Source of the DNA: a virus | Reading direction: 5' to 3' (one strand) | Length of the DNA stretch: 64,000 nucleotides | Virus record (IMG/VR): IMGVR_UViG_3300014039_000004 | Shown here: positions 37,994-48,141 of the stretch, piece by piece | Position numbering within the stretch: the first letter of the stretch is position 1 | Layout: the number at the start of each line of letters is the position of its first letter | Made by a program: the position numbers and the translations under genes | The notes under the pieces: model-generated | Database searches by the model: none | The model's input: only the letters and a program-made list of their open reading frames with translations | What the model was told of the DNA's origin: nothing

Positions 37994-38782
37994 TTACTTC
38001 TTAGCAATACGAATAGGGTCAACATCCTTCTCAAACTCAATAGGATAAATCATAATCTTGACATTCTCCTTGCCATTATTATAATCAACCTCCTGAGCTT
38101 CATCAAGAAGAACATTGAAATAACGATTCTTCTTATCAGCATTATCACCAAGGTCAGACTTCAAAGTAGTCCAAATAGCATTATCAGTAAAGTTCAAAGC
38201 ACAACCAACACCTGTAGCATTAGATGTAGTAGCAGTCTTAGAACCACTAGCAGCATGGAACTTAGGTGACTCAACCATATCAATAGTCAACTTCTGAGCC
38301 AACTCCTCATCTGACATCTCACCAAAAGTCTGAATGAGAGCATCACGATTAGCATCAACAATATCCATTGCATGCTCATTAAGATACTTCTCCTTATCAG
38401 CCTTACTATAACGCTCAGATGCCATTACAGGATTACCCTTAGAATCATACTGCTTAACACCCTTAGCAATAAACCACTGACTAAAAGCATCAAGAACAGT
38501 CTGCTGACCATCACGAGAATCAAGGTCAATACCATTCTCTTCTGCATACTTAACAATATCGTCAACACGAGCCTGAATAGCTGCTTCAACACCTTGAATA
38601 TTATTCAAGAACATAATATTCTCACCTACAGCAACACCAAGTGCCTTGCTAACAGGACTTGTAATAGAGAACTTACCCTGTGTAGAATTAGCAATAAGCT
38701 GAGGATTAGCATTTACCACAGACTTCTTCTGACCAGCGACGAGAGCATTAACACCAAACTGAATTTTGTTACCTAACTTCAT
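37994..38782 (-). CDS. hypothetical protein (GC-richer, own terminator)
   Basis: 262-aa ORF with codon usage shifted to C-ending codons. It is flanked by ~100-nt spacers. Confidence 0.7.
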   Translation of the reverse strand: MKLGNKIQFGVNALVAGQKKSVVNANPQLIANSTQGKFSITSPVSKALGVAVGENIMFLNNIQGVEAAIQARVDDIVKYAEENGIDLDSRDGQQTVLDAFSQWFIAKGVKQYDSKGNPVMASERYSKADKEKYLNEHAMDIVDANRDALIQTFGEMSDEELAQKLTIDMVESPKFHAASGSKTATTSNATGVGCALNFTDNAIWTTLKSDLGDNADKKNRYFNVLLDEAQEVDYNNGKENVKIMIYPIEFEKDVDPIRIAKK

Positions 38783-38882
38783 AATTGTAAGTTTTAATAG
38801 GATTAATAAATTAATTAATTAAAGAAATATAGAGTAAAACTCTAAGTTTATTATTTTATGGATTATTTATTTTAATACTACT

Positions 38883-39806
38883 TTAATCTTGAACTTCTTC
38901 ATAAGTAGTATCTATTACATCAGAATCGTTAATATCCATATTATTAACAATTTTGAGTTCTGTAAGCTCTTGACATCCCATAATTGCATCAGCAGCAATA
39001 TCACGAGCACCAAGAGTAAAAGCTCTATGACCAATTAATACACGAGGATACTTTTTATAAGTATCTTTATCAAATAGACCAGCTACTTGTGCTTCACTAA
39101 AACTAAAATGACTAGTACAATTAACTTCATGTTCATGACCATTAATCATTTTATATCTAGTAAATTGATACTCAGTAACATAATCTATAGGTTGAGCAGC
39201 TATACGTATTACAGGAAATTTACCTTCTTTTGCAATACTAACTGCTTGTATTCTATTGATACATTTAACACATTTATCATTTATTTGAAACTCATTATAA
39301 GTATTACCTTTTAAATCAGCATACCATTTAACAGGATAAACTCCTACAGTTTCATCATTTGTTTTTTCCTCAGCTTCTTTAGCAGTACGACATTTAACAC
39401 AATATTGAGGAAGTTGTGTTTCATTATAAATCGTATTACCATCAGTATACTGATACTGAGGAGTATAATCTTTAGTACATTTCCAAACTACTCCTGCCCT
39501 TAGTAATAACGACTTTATAATATGAATATCTACGCCAGTCTTACCATTAATAACATGTATATGTTCAACGCAAGTACTAAATGGTAATCTAAGGTCTTGT
39601 GCTCTAGTAAGAATAGCTAAACCATCAGCTACACTTTTAATACCTCCTTTTTCACTTGCCATATACTTTTTAAGAAAAATCTCAGCACTAGCAAGTTGCT
39701 TTTCATCAAGAAGGTCTAGAACACGAAGATTAGTAGAGGAATCATAATGTCTTGTAGCCAATGTACGACTACTACCACTATTAGTTACTTCATTTTGCTT
39801 GTCCAT
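38883..39806 (-). CDS. RecT-like single-strand annealing protein (tentative)
   Basis: The segment LTRAQDLRLPFSTCVEHIHVINGKTGVDIHIIKSLLLRAGV fits the RecT core pattern as I recall it. Confidence 0.4.
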   Translation of the reverse strand: MDKQNEVTNSGSSRTLATRHYDSSTNLRVLDLLDEKQLASAEIFLKKYMASEKGGIKSVADGLAILTRAQDLRLPFSTCVEHIHVINGKTGVDIHIIKSLLLRAGVVWKCTKDYTPQYQYTDGNTIYNETQLPQYCVKCRTAKEAEEKTNDETVGVYPVKWYADLKGNTYNEFQINDKCVKCINRIQAVSIAKEGKFPVIRIAAQPIDYVTEYQFTRYKMINGHEHEVNCTSHFSFSEAQVAGLFDKDTYKKYPRVLIGHRAFTLGARDIAADAIMGCQELTELKIVNNMDINDSDVIDTTYEEVQD

Positions 39807-39858
39807 TATTTCAAAGAACTTTGTTTCGATTATCTGTTACAAATATAATACTTTCTTT

Positions 39859-41268
39859 TTAATCTGCAACACTAAAATCAAAATTATTTTCACTAAAATT
39901 ATCTTTTTCTACTATTACATGATTTTTATCTATATCTTTATTATCTAACAATTTTTCTTCTGTTGTGCTTTTACAATATATAGTATATAATACTATTTTA
40001 TTATTTAAATACCTTATATTAGATAAACGATACAAATAATTTTTTATATCTCCACATTGAGGAGAAGTTATAATAACAATATCTACATTGCCTCTAAGTT
40101 TTTTATCAGGTGCATTACCTGTACTAAGTACATTAATAACACCTTTATTAAACAATAATTCATTATTAGTTCGTTGAGCTTGTGCTTTTAATATTTTAGG
40201 TTCACCTTTGTGTTCTCCATTTTTATAAGTTAAAAGTTGACCATTAATATCTACAGCATAAGCAGGTTCAATTTTATCATGATAATTACCACATATTATT
40301 TTTCCTTCTTGTTTATTAATATAATCTGTAACATTATTTGCAAAATCACTTCTTTTATTTATAATAAGAATATTTTTATTTTTATTTTCTTTAACTATAT
40401 TATAAATACTTCCAAGTTTAAGTTTATAATCTGATAAAAGAATTGCTCTATTATGAATAATTTCATAAGTTTTAGAAGCTCTTTCTTTTATATTACTAGG
40501 ATTATAAAGATTATCAAGTTGCATATTAAATGAACTAGACATATCAAGATGTTCATTCCATCCATTTTCTTTAGCAAGTTGATTACAAATTTGAATTGCA
40601 CTTATATTAAGTTTTGTATTACCTATTCTGGCTTCATCAATTTTATCAAATCCACCAAAAATAGCAATACTAGTAGAAATATAATTATTATAATATTCAA
40701 GAAGTTTAGCATCTTCAGAATTTGGTTCAATAGTTACACCAATTCTAGTTTCTTCTACGGGGGTGCTCAATCGAACTAACTCTAATTCATTAGCTTTAAA
40801 TTCATCTAAAAGTGGACAAAGTTTATAAAGTTCAATATTATCTTCTTTATTTTTAAGAAATTTATTAAGAATAGTAAGTTTAAATTTACTACTTTCATAA
40901 AAACATCTTAAATGTTTAAAAGGACTAGTAATATGATAAGCAATAAATAAAGTAGGAATACTAACAGGATGTTTAATAATAAAATCTTGTGTTACAATAC
41001 TAATATGTTTACTTTTAAATAAATCTTTAAATTTATTATTAATATCTTCATCTTCTTGATGAGTTAAAAACTCCATAATACTAATTCTTTCATCAAAACT
41101 AAAAGTACATATTAGAGTTTTACAACTATTAGAATTTTGATATATTCTATTTAATATACCAGATATAAGATATTTATCATTAATAGTATTTGGTATAATA
41201 GCACTTCCTACACCTTTATTTTGTCTCCATCGTTCGATAGCTTTATCAAATAAATTATGTAAGTTCAT
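39859..41268 (-). CDS. hypothetical protein, possible SF2 helicase fold with degenerate Walker A
   Basis: 469 aa. The C-terminal part (VINVLSTGNAPDKKLRGNVDIVIITSP) looks like helicase motifs V/VI, but no GKT is seen. It contains motif copy M9. Confidence 0.35.
   Translation of the reverse strand: MNLHNLFDKAIERWRQNKGVGSAIIPNTINDKYLISGILNRIYQNSNSCKTLICTFSFDERISIMEFLTHQEDEDINNKFKDLFKSKHISIVTQDFIIKHPVSIPTLFIAYHITSPFKHLRCFYESSKFKLTILNKFLKNKEDNIELYKLCPLLDEFKANELELVRLSTPVEETRIGVTIEPNSEDAKLLEYYNNYISTSIAIFGGFDKIDEARIGNTKLNISAIQICNQLAKENGWNEHLDMSSSFNMQLDNLYNPSNIKERASKTYEIIHNRAILLSDYKLKLGSIYNIVKENKNKNILIINKRSDFANNVTDYINKQEGKIICGNYHDKIEPAYAVDINGQLLTYKNGEHKGEPKILKAQAQRTNNELLFNKGVINVLSTGNAPDKKLRGNVDIVIITSPQCGDIKNYLYRLSNIRYLNNKIVLYTIYCKSTTEEKLLDNKDIDKNHVIVEKDNFSENNFDFSVAD
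40750..40766 (+). repeat. G-run motif copy M9 (forward, variant)
   Basis: ttcttctacgggggtgc, inside CDS 39859..41268, where it is read as STPVEE. Confidence 0.85.
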
Positions 41269-41274
41269 ATCTTT

Positions 41275-43596
41275 TTATTTAAATGTATCATCATTATCAA
41301 ATAAAGTATTATAACTATGAGAATATTTTTTAATAAGACTCTTACCACTTTTAGTACTTTTAATACTATTAGCTTTAAGATTAGATGAAATACCTAATTT
41401 AATAGGGTCTATAATTTTATAACATTCATCATAGTAATATTTATAATTAATATTTCTTTCTTCTATAGGTTTATCATCTAAAGAATTAAGAATTATAACA
41501 GGTTTTCCACCAGCAAGTTTACTACGTTGTAAAGTAGTTTTTTGTCTTTTAGTTATAATAATTCCTTTAGTAGAAACATAAAATCTTACATGACGTTGTG
41601 ATACAATAGTTTTAAGTTTACCATTTTCTACTTTGTCATAAACAACATCAAATTGTTTACCAACATTTTGAGTTTTACAAAAATCAAGAATATCAGTATG
41701 ATTATGTAAAGTTTCCATTATTGGAGTATTATTTACAAAATATTCAAAAACAGCTTTAGCAACAATAGGCATATCATAACCTTTTTTTAAATCTTTAATA
41801 TATTGTTTAGGGTCTAATGCTCCTTTAAATTCAATACTATTATCTGTTTGAATATCAAAATAATTATTTATGTCTCTACTAACAATTTCTTTATATTCTT
41901 CATAATCAGCTCCCATTTTATTAAATTTATTCCATCTATCTGTAATATCTTTATAAACTTCAAATTTATCTTTAGGAAGTTTAATAACAATACCATCAGT
42001 ATTAGCTGAAATAACATGAATACCATTAAGTTCAAGTTCTTCAATAAGAGTCATTGTCATTAATTGACCATTAATAGTAACTTGCATTTGAGCAAATCTA
42101 TCATAAAGAAAGAAAAGTTCACTTCCAAGTTTACCATATATACTATTAATAACAATTTTAAGAGCTTCTGCACCTATTTTATTAGGTACTCCTTCCATTA
42201 TATAACCTTCACTATCTTTAGTATGTTTACATTTTACACGAGTTTCTTTAAGAAAACTAATCATTTTAACAAATACAGTTTTATTAAGATGTTTAGGTGC
42301 AATATTATAACTAATCATAATACTAGGATAATAACTAGTATAATCATGATGTAAATAAATATATTTATCATCAGACTTACATACTCTAGGTGGGTCTTGA
42401 CTATGTATGCCACCTGTAGCTATTGTATATTTAGTACCATAAAAATCAATAGTACGTTCAAAAGCTGATTTATTAGTATGATATATTACTACATTCTTAA
42501 TATCATCAAGAAAATCTTGAAGTTGTTTAGTTTTAAATTTAATATGTGGGAAAATAATCTTTTTAAAACTAAGTTTAGTTCTATTAGTACGTTCTTTTAT
42601 AAATTGGTCTTTATGCAGACCACTCATATCAGAATAAAATTTAACTGTAAGTTTATCTGCAATATTTGCTCTAGCACTACATAAAACATTAACTCCAAAA
42701 GCATGAGTAATACTATATCTAAGTTTTACTTCATCAGGTTTTTGTCTAACTATTTCACAACAAAGAAAAACATCATTCTTATTATAATATAACATAGGTT
42801 CTATATATTTTGGTAGAACATATCTATCAAAATCATTTGTAATAAGAAGATTAAGTTGTTCAATAGGCATACCACGATAATTATCTTTTTTATACCAATA
42901 AGCATTAGCTTCTTCTTCATCTATAGAAGGAAGTGTAAAATCAAGTAATTCATGCCATTTAAGATTAATAGAAGTTTGTTTAAGAGATTTACCAAATTTG
43001 ATTCGTTCACCTGTATCTTTATCTACATTTACTCCAGCAGAATTAAGACCATAAACTTTTTGTAAATCAATAGTTTGATATGGAAGACGATAATTTTTTA
43101 AAAGTTCTATAGTTTTATCATTATAAAAAGCATCTTTATCATTTTGAAGACTAATAATTTTTTTACTAAGTTCATAAAGATATTTAATTAATTCTTTAGT
43201 AGTATCAAAATGATTAAAATACATCATAAAACCTTTAATCATTAAATCATCATAACTTTGATTATTAAAACCAAATAAATCATATCTAACAGGTACTTGT
43301 ACAATCATACCATCATCAGTAGCTTTAGTTTCATAATGTGCTACCATTTGATTAATATAACTAACAAGTTCTAATAATTGATTATCATCTGTATCACTAA
43401 TATAAAAAATTTTATTTTTAACTTTATCAAGTCTTTGTTTAATATTAGCAACAGATAAACATTCAGTTAATGGTTTAGGTTTACCTTTATTATCTACACA
43501 ATCTTTAAAAGTATTAAGATAATTTTGTAAATCAATAAAAGTAATACTAAATAAATTTGGAAATATTTCTACATCATAAGCTATACTATGTATCAT
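41275..43596 (-). CDS. family B DNA polymerase
   Basis: Exo I YDVEIFPN; motif A HDYTSYYPSIM; motif B KIVINSIYGKLG; motif C ISANTDGIVI. Confidence 0.92.
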   Translation of the reverse strand: MIHSIAYDVEIFPNLFSITFIDLQNYLNTFKDCVDNKGKPKPLTECLSVANIKQRLDKVKNKIFYISDTDDNQLLELVSYINQMVAHYETKATDDGMIVQVPVRYDLFGFNNQSYDDLMIKGFMMYFNHFDTTKELIKYLYELSKKIISLQNDKDAFYNDKTIELLKNYRLPYQTIDLQKVYGLNSAGVNVDKDTGERIKFGKSLKQTSINLKWHELLDFTLPSIDEEEANAYWYKKDNYRGMPIEQLNLLITNDFDRYVLPKYIEPMLYYNKNDVFLCCEIVRQKPDEVKLRYSITHAFGVNVLCSARANIADKLTVKFYSDMSGLHKDQFIKERTNRTKLSFKKIIFPHIKFKTKQLQDFLDDIKNVVIYHTNKSAFERTIDFYGTKYTIATGGIHSQDPPRVCKSDDKYIYLHHDYTSYYPSIMISYNIAPKHLNKTVFVKMISFLKETRVKCKHTKDSEGYIMEGVPNKIGAEALKIVINSIYGKLGSELFFLYDRFAQMQVTINGQLMTMTLIEELELNGIHVISANTDGIVIKLPKDKFEVYKDITDRWNKFNKMGADYEEYKEIVSRDINNYFDIQTDNSIEFKGALDPKQYIKDLKKGYDMPIVAKAVFEYFVNNTPIMETLHNHTDILDFCKTQNVGKQFDVVYDKVENGKLKTIVSQRHVRFYVSTKGIIITKRQKTTLQRSKLAGGKPVIILNSLDDKPIEERNINYKYYYDECYKIIDPIKLGISSNLKANSIKSTKSGKSLIKKYSHSYNTLFDNDDTFK

Positions 43597-44141
43597 AGTC
43601 TAAGAATATTATATTGTGTAAAATCATTATAAGTAATACTATTATACCATTTTCTAAGATAAGTTTTAAATACTTCAAATTTATTATTATCAGTATATTT
43701 AACAAGAGGAGAATAATTAATAGAATAAATTCTACCATTATGGGAAATACAAAGATTATTAAGATTATCTTTTATATCACAATTAAGAAATCTTCTACCT
43801 GCATCACCTAATAATAATATATGTTTAAATTGATATTTATTTATATCATTATTAAAATGATATAAACATCTATTATAAATATCATTATTAAGTTCACAAG
43901 CAATAGTTTCATTACAGCGAATAAAAGGTAAAATATATAAGTCTGTTACCTCCCCCGTAGAAGAAATAACAGACTTAATAATCTCTACTTGATTACTATA
44001 TCCAATATTACCTTTTTTATAAGCATTATAATCTACATTAGGTATTACAATACATTTACCTAAATAAGGATTACCAATACCTTGTAAATTATAATGCTTA
44101 GTATTAAAAAGTCTCATTGGACATTCTTTACAAACATCCAT
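43593..44141 (-). CDS. uracil-DNA glycosylase family 4-like protein (tentative)
   Basis: N-terminal CKECPMRLF ... GIGNPYLGKCIVIPNVD resembles the UDG4 start. There is a 4-nt overlap with polB. It contains motif copy M10. Confidence 0.45.
   Translation of the reverse strand: MDVCKECPMRLFNTKHYNLQGIGNPYLGKCIVIPNVDYNAYKKGNIGYSNQVEIIKSVISSTGEVTDLYILPFIRCNETIACELNNDIYNRCLYHFNNDINKYQFKHILLLGDAGRRFLNCDIKDNLNNLCISHNGRIYSINYSPLVKYTDNNKFEVFKTYLRKWYNSITYNDFTQYNILRL
43949..43965 (-). repeat. G-run motif copy M10 (reverse)
   Basis: cctcccccgtagaagaa, inside CDS 43593..44141, where it is read as SSTGE. It sits in the loop of the 8-bp inverted repeat gtctgtta (43941-43948) / taacagac (43967-43974). Confidence 0.9.
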
Positions 44142-44144
44142 TAA

Positions 44145-44435
44145 TTAAATATCAACATTATCAATAATTACTCTTTTTAATTGTAATTTACCGATATATC
44201 CTCTAGCTCTTAATTCAAGAATTAAATCTCTAGAACTAAAATTAGCAAAACGTTCATCTTTAGAACAATCTTCCCCTAAACAACGTTTACATACTGATCT
44301 TCTTCTAGTTCCATTAGCATATACATGAAACATATAAAGTGGAAGATGTGCACTACATTTAGAACATTTATAAGTTTTAGTGGTATCTAAAGGTTTAGGT
44401 TTTTTATAAGTTTTATGTTTTTTATTAGTTTCCAT
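44145..44435 (-). CDS. hypothetical zinc-ribbon protein
   Basis: 96 aa with CSKCS ... CKRC cysteine pairs. Confidence 0.55.
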   Translation of the reverse strand: METNKKHKTYKKPKPLDTTKTYKCSKCSAHLPLYMFHVYANGTRRRSVCKRCLGEDCSKDERFANFSSRDLILELRARGYIGKLQLKRVIIDNVDI

Positions 44436-45915
44436 AATATAAATAAAGTTTATTTTTACAACGACTACAAGCTACATAAAGTCTACGATTAACTTCTTCT
44501 ACATTAGTATAAGGATTTCCATATTTATCATAAATTATATCATTTACATCTACAAATACTGTATCAAAAGTACTTCCTTGACTTTTATGAGCAGTTAATG
44601 CAAAACCATAATCTAGGTCTCTACTAAATTCAATTTTATTTTGATTATTAATAATATTAGTAAGTAACAAACAAGATTCTTTAAAAGAATAATATTCTTT
44701 CCATCTAGCAGATACAGTTTTACCACTAGCAGTTTTAGCAGCATTAATAAATTCTCTAGATATTTTTACATAAGTTGCAATACTAAATTTATCTTTATGG
44801 TCTACAATAAATAAAGGAGTAGTATTATCACCACCATGAATAGCAGTAAATCTTACCATAAATCCTTTAATATTATATTTAGGATGAATATAGTTTACAA
44901 CATCTTTAAGAATATATTCTTCAGAATTTTTAATAATACAATCATTAAATTTATCAACAAGAGTACTATAACTAAGAATTAAATCATTTTTTGTAATAAT
45001 AGATTTATCTGCGTCTTTAATTATTGCATTTCTAACAATTTTATTCCAATATGAAACTCTGTTATTAGTAAACGCAATAATTCTAGCATAATCGATATTA
45101 CTAGTTATTTGACTATCATTAAAATTATTATAAATTATATTATTAAAAGTTTTTGTATTACAAACAGAATAACCTTTAGTATAATCTTCATTTACTTTAG
45201 ATGGATATTTACATATATAATTTAAAAAAGAATAAGTTTTATGTTTAATATCATATCTTAATAAATCAAGAAGATAACTAACAGGATTATCTTCACCTTG
45301 TCTTACAATTTCAGAAAGTTTAGAAATTTTAATATTAGTAAAAGTACTTGAATAAGTTTCACCTACAGGTGCTAATTGACTATCATCTCCAATATAAATA
45401 ATTTTACATTGTTTTTCTTTACATAATCTTTCTAAAAAAGTATAAAGACCTTTATTAATCATAGAAGATTCATCAACTATATAAAGTTTATATTCTCCTA
45501 TTTTAATATTACCTTTTGGGTCAAAAGGAGGATTATTAATATCAAACTTTTCAACATCAAAATTAAGTCTAAGACCTAAATCAGATTGTAATGTATTAAC
45601 TTTTACATTTCTAATATTAATACTTTCACTAAGAACTCTACAAGCTTTATGTGTAGGAGCAGCTAAACCTATAGTAGAATAACTCATATTACTATTTTGA
45701 ATAAGAGCTTTTACTAAATAAGTCTTACCTGTTCCAGCAGCACCAATTAAGGCTCTTTTATAATCATTTTTATTATAAGGAGCATTAATAAAGCCTATAA
45801 GTTCATTATAGGCTTTACTTTGGTCATTAGTAAAATTTAATGTACTAATTGCTGTTTTACCATTTGCTGTACTGAAAGTAATATTTTCATTTAAACAACG
45901 GTTTTGATTCATCAA
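44425..45915 (-). CDS. SF1 DNA helicase (RecD/Dda/Pif1-like)
   Basis: Walker A GAAGTGKTYLV, Walker B YIVDESSMI and the C-terminal motif TAHKSQGSTFDTVFV. Confidence 0.9.
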   Translation of the reverse strand: MMNQNRCLNENITFSTANGKTAISTLNFTNDQSKAYNELIGFINAPYNKNDYKRALIGAAGTGKTYLVKALIQNSNMSYSTIGLAAPTHKACRVLSESINIRNVKVNTLQSDLGLRLNFDVEKFDINNPPFDPKGNIKIGEYKLYIVDESSMINKGLYTFLERLCKEKQCKIIYIGDDSQLAPVGETYSSTFTNIKISKLSEIVRQGEDNPVSYLLDLLRYDIKHKTYSFLNYICKYPSKVNEDYTKGYSVCNTKTFNNIIYNNFNDSQITSNIDYARIIAFTNNRVSYWNKIVRNAIIKDADKSIITKNDLILSYSTLVDKFNDCIIKNSEEYILKDVVNYIHPKYNIKGFMVRFTAIHGGDNTTPLFIVDHKDKFSIATYVKISREFINAAKTASGKTVSARWKEYYSFKESCLLLTNIINNQNKIEFSRDLDYGFALTAHKSQGSTFDTVFVDVNDIIYDKYGNPYTNVEEVNRRLYVACSRCKNKLYLYYGN

Positions 45916-46357
45916 TATTATAATCTTTAATAGGATTTGATGTTGGACTAAAAGCTAATACATCTTTAAAACAAAAATGTAAACGTTTAGCAGCTCTCAC
46001 AATGTTACCAACAACTACAACATTATTATAAAAAGGAATAAAATGTTCTTTACTTCCTGGAAAACTTCTAGCTTTATATTTATCTCTTATATGACAAATA
46101 TATCTACCTTTATTAGTTCTATTTTTTTCAAAAACTAATTCTCTATTTTCTAGGTCATAACTATCAAAAGTAAAAGGTATAGTTACAAAAGAAGGATTGT
46201 TTGGGTCATCAAGTAGACTAACTCTACATTTAAATTCCCCATCTTCTCTTACAACTATACCTTTACACAATCTACTAACTTTTGTTAGAGCTTGTTCTCT
46301 TTTATATCGTTTACTACTTTTTGCTATATTAATAGTAAACCCATTGTAACTTTTCAT
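45887..46357 (-). CDS. hypothetical protein
   Basis: 156-aa ORF overlapping its neighbours by 29 nt and 1 nt. Confidence 0.6.
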   Translation of the reverse strand: MKSYNGFTINIAKSSKRYKREQALTKVSRLCKGIVVREDGEFKCRVSLLDDPNNPSFVTIPFTFDSYDLENRELVFEKNRTNKGRYICHIRDKYKARSFPGSKEHFIPFYNNVVVVGNIVRAAKRLHFCFKDVLAFSPTSNPIKDYNIDESKPLFK

Positions 46358-46653
46358 TACTTTTTCTTTTTATTAGTTTTATCACTAAGCTTAGGTTGTT
46401 TATTAGCTTTTTTAGCTACTCTTGCTTTAGGCTTATCATTATCATCATTGTTATTACGTCCTGTTGAAATAAATATTGTATTATCCCAAACAAGATGCCA
46501 ACCACAATATTTAGTAAGATAATCAAGTTTACCTAAAAGTCTAATACCTACAATAGAAGACTTATTAATTTTAATAGTTTTATCACCATAATTAATACGT
46601 CCAATACGTGATACACTAATCAAATCTTTGTTTTCATCATGTCTTTTAGCCAT
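46357..46653 (-). CDS. hypothetical protein with Lys-rich C-terminal tail
   Basis: 98-aa ORF. Confidence 0.6.
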   Translation of the reverse strand: MAKRHDENKDLISVSRIGRINYGDKTIKINKSSIVGIRLLGKLDYLTKYCGWHLVWDNTIFISTGRNNNDDNDKPKARVAKKANKQPKLSDKTNKKKK

Positions 46654-46714
46654 TTTACAACAAATTTAAAAATTAATATTAAGTTTATAAATAATAACTC
46701 TAAATAGAGTTTTG

Positions 46715-46787
46715 TCTTCTCTACGAGGCTCGAACTCGTGACCCATACATTAAAAGTGTATTGCTCTACCTACTGAGCTAAGAGAAG
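46715..46787 (-). tRNA. tRNA-Lys(TTT)
   Basis: On the - strand: cttctct-ta-gctc-agtaggta-gagc-a-ataca-ctTTTaa-tgtat-gggtc-acgag-ttcgagc-ctcgt-agagaag-a. All stems are Watson-Crick. Confidence 0.9.
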
Positions 46788-46883
46788 AATTGATATTACT
46801 ATTTTCACAAACCGTAATATCATATACAATAAACCAAATAACAATTAAAGTTTATCAACTATGAAACACATTATTTTAAATAG

Positions 46884-46967
46884 TACCTACAACAGGACTC
46901 GAACCTGCACATCTTATAAGATAATGGATTTTAAGTCCATTGTGTCTACCAATTCCACCATGTAGGC
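46884..46967 (-). tRNA. tRNA-Leu(TAA), class II
   Basis: On the - strand: acceptor gcctaca/tgtaggt, anticodon arm atgga-ctTAAaa-tccat, long variable arm tatcttataagatgt and T arm gcagg-ttcgagt-cctgt. Confidence 0.88.
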
Positions 46968-46978
46968 TTACCATATTA

Positions 46979-47284
46979 TTAATCAGAAATCATATATAAA
47001 ATACCACTTACAAAAACTGTTACAATAGCAAGTACAACAATAGTAAAGGATATAACATTATTTTCTGTAATAATACCATAAATAAATACAGATTGAATTA
47101 TTTGTCCAATAACACCTCCAATACAAGTAGCAGCTATATCAAGCCAATCAAACTTACCACCATATTTTTTATCTTTAAACTCCATTCCAAGAGCTAATCC
47201 TAAAACAAATAATATACTACCTATAAAACCACAAGGTATAGCATATAAAAGATGTTTTGGTCTATCACTTTCTTTTAACCACAT
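46979..47284 (-). CDS. small integral membrane protein
   Basis: 101 aa with three hydrophobic segments. Confidence 0.65.
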   Translation of the reverse strand: MWLKESDRPKHLLYAIPCGFIGSILFVLGLALGMEFKDKKYGGKFDWLDIAATCIGGVIGQIIQSVFIYGIITENNVISFTIVVLAIVTVFVSGILYMISD

Positions 47285-47286
47285 AA

Positions 47287-47307
47287 TTTATTTAATATTT
47301 TAATTTT
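47287..47307 (+). repeat. exact 21-mer, copy B
   Basis: It lies immediately beside the ATG (47284) of a - strand gene. On the + strand it ends in TAATTTTG (a TAnnTTTG match). Confidence 0.8.
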
Positions 47308-47405
47308 GTATATAAGCCTTTCTTATTAAAGAGCTAATTAACTATTCACAAAGTATATTTGAAATGAGTAGAGATTGAAAAATCTATATGTATGCTTATT
47401 TTCTA

Positions 47406-47525
47406 TTAGTCCATATCATAATGATACTCCAATGTACTAAGTAACATATCTGCATCACACTCTTTACCATATTCTTCAATTTCATCATCACTCATATTAT
47501 TAAAATAATCATCAAGTTCATTCAT
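47406..47525 (-). CDS. small acidic protein (39 aa), below the ORF-track cutoff
   Basis: Hand-translated as MNELDDYFNNMSDDEIEEYGKECDADMLLSTLEYHYDMD, with 14 Asp/Glu and 1 Lys. Its N-terminus resembles that of ORF 48142..48279. Confidence 0.4.
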   Translation of the reverse strand: MNELDDYFNNMSDDEIEEYGKECDADMLLSTLEYHYDMD

Positions 47526-47664
47526 AATATTAAGAGTATTAAAAAGAGATAGTATAGTTTCACAACTACTATCTCTAAAATCAATAAAATGAAAAATCTT
47601 AAACCTATTACTAAAAATTTCACAATTATTAGTAATATAACTATTTAAATTGTAAACACATAAG

Positions 47665-48123
47665 TTAGAAGAAAACTATTTTTACCATCGCTATGATAAA
47701 TAAAATTGTTACTATCAAACTATAACATTTATATCTATAAAGATTTTCAACTTTAATTTGTGTTTGAGTTACACAATTATCACAACCTTTTTGATAATCT
47801 TCAATTTCTTTTTCAAAATCATAAATATCTTTATGAGCTTTTCTTAATTCAGATTCTTGTGCATTAAGTCGATTATTTAAATCTTCAATATTTTGTTCAC
47901 AAGATACAATAGTTGCTCCAAGACGTTCATTAGTTATTTTTTTATTATCTAATTCATCTTTAAGTTTATTAATTTTATCTTTAAGTTGAAGAATATCTGT
48001 ATCTTTAGTTTTATCAATACTTATTTGAGATAATAATTCTTTTTCTTTTTCATCTTTTCTAAGTATAATATTAACTAACTCTGTTTTAGTCTTTTTTATA
48101 AGACTATTATTACTTGTACTCAT
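47665..48123 (-). CDS. tail-anchored coiled-coil membrane protein
   Basis: 152 aa, with a long heptad-like region and the C-terminal hydrophobic segment YSLIVTILFIIAMVKIVFF. Confidence 0.65.
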   Translation of the reverse strand: MSTSNNSLIKKTKTELVNIILRKDEKEKELLSQISIDKTKDTDILQLKDKINKLKDELDNKKITNERLGATIVSCEQNIEDLNNRLNAQESELRKAHKDIYDFEKEIEDYQKGCDNCVTQTQIKVENLYRYKCYSLIVTILFIIAMVKIVFF

Positions 48124-48141
48124 AATTATAAAATTTAAAAG

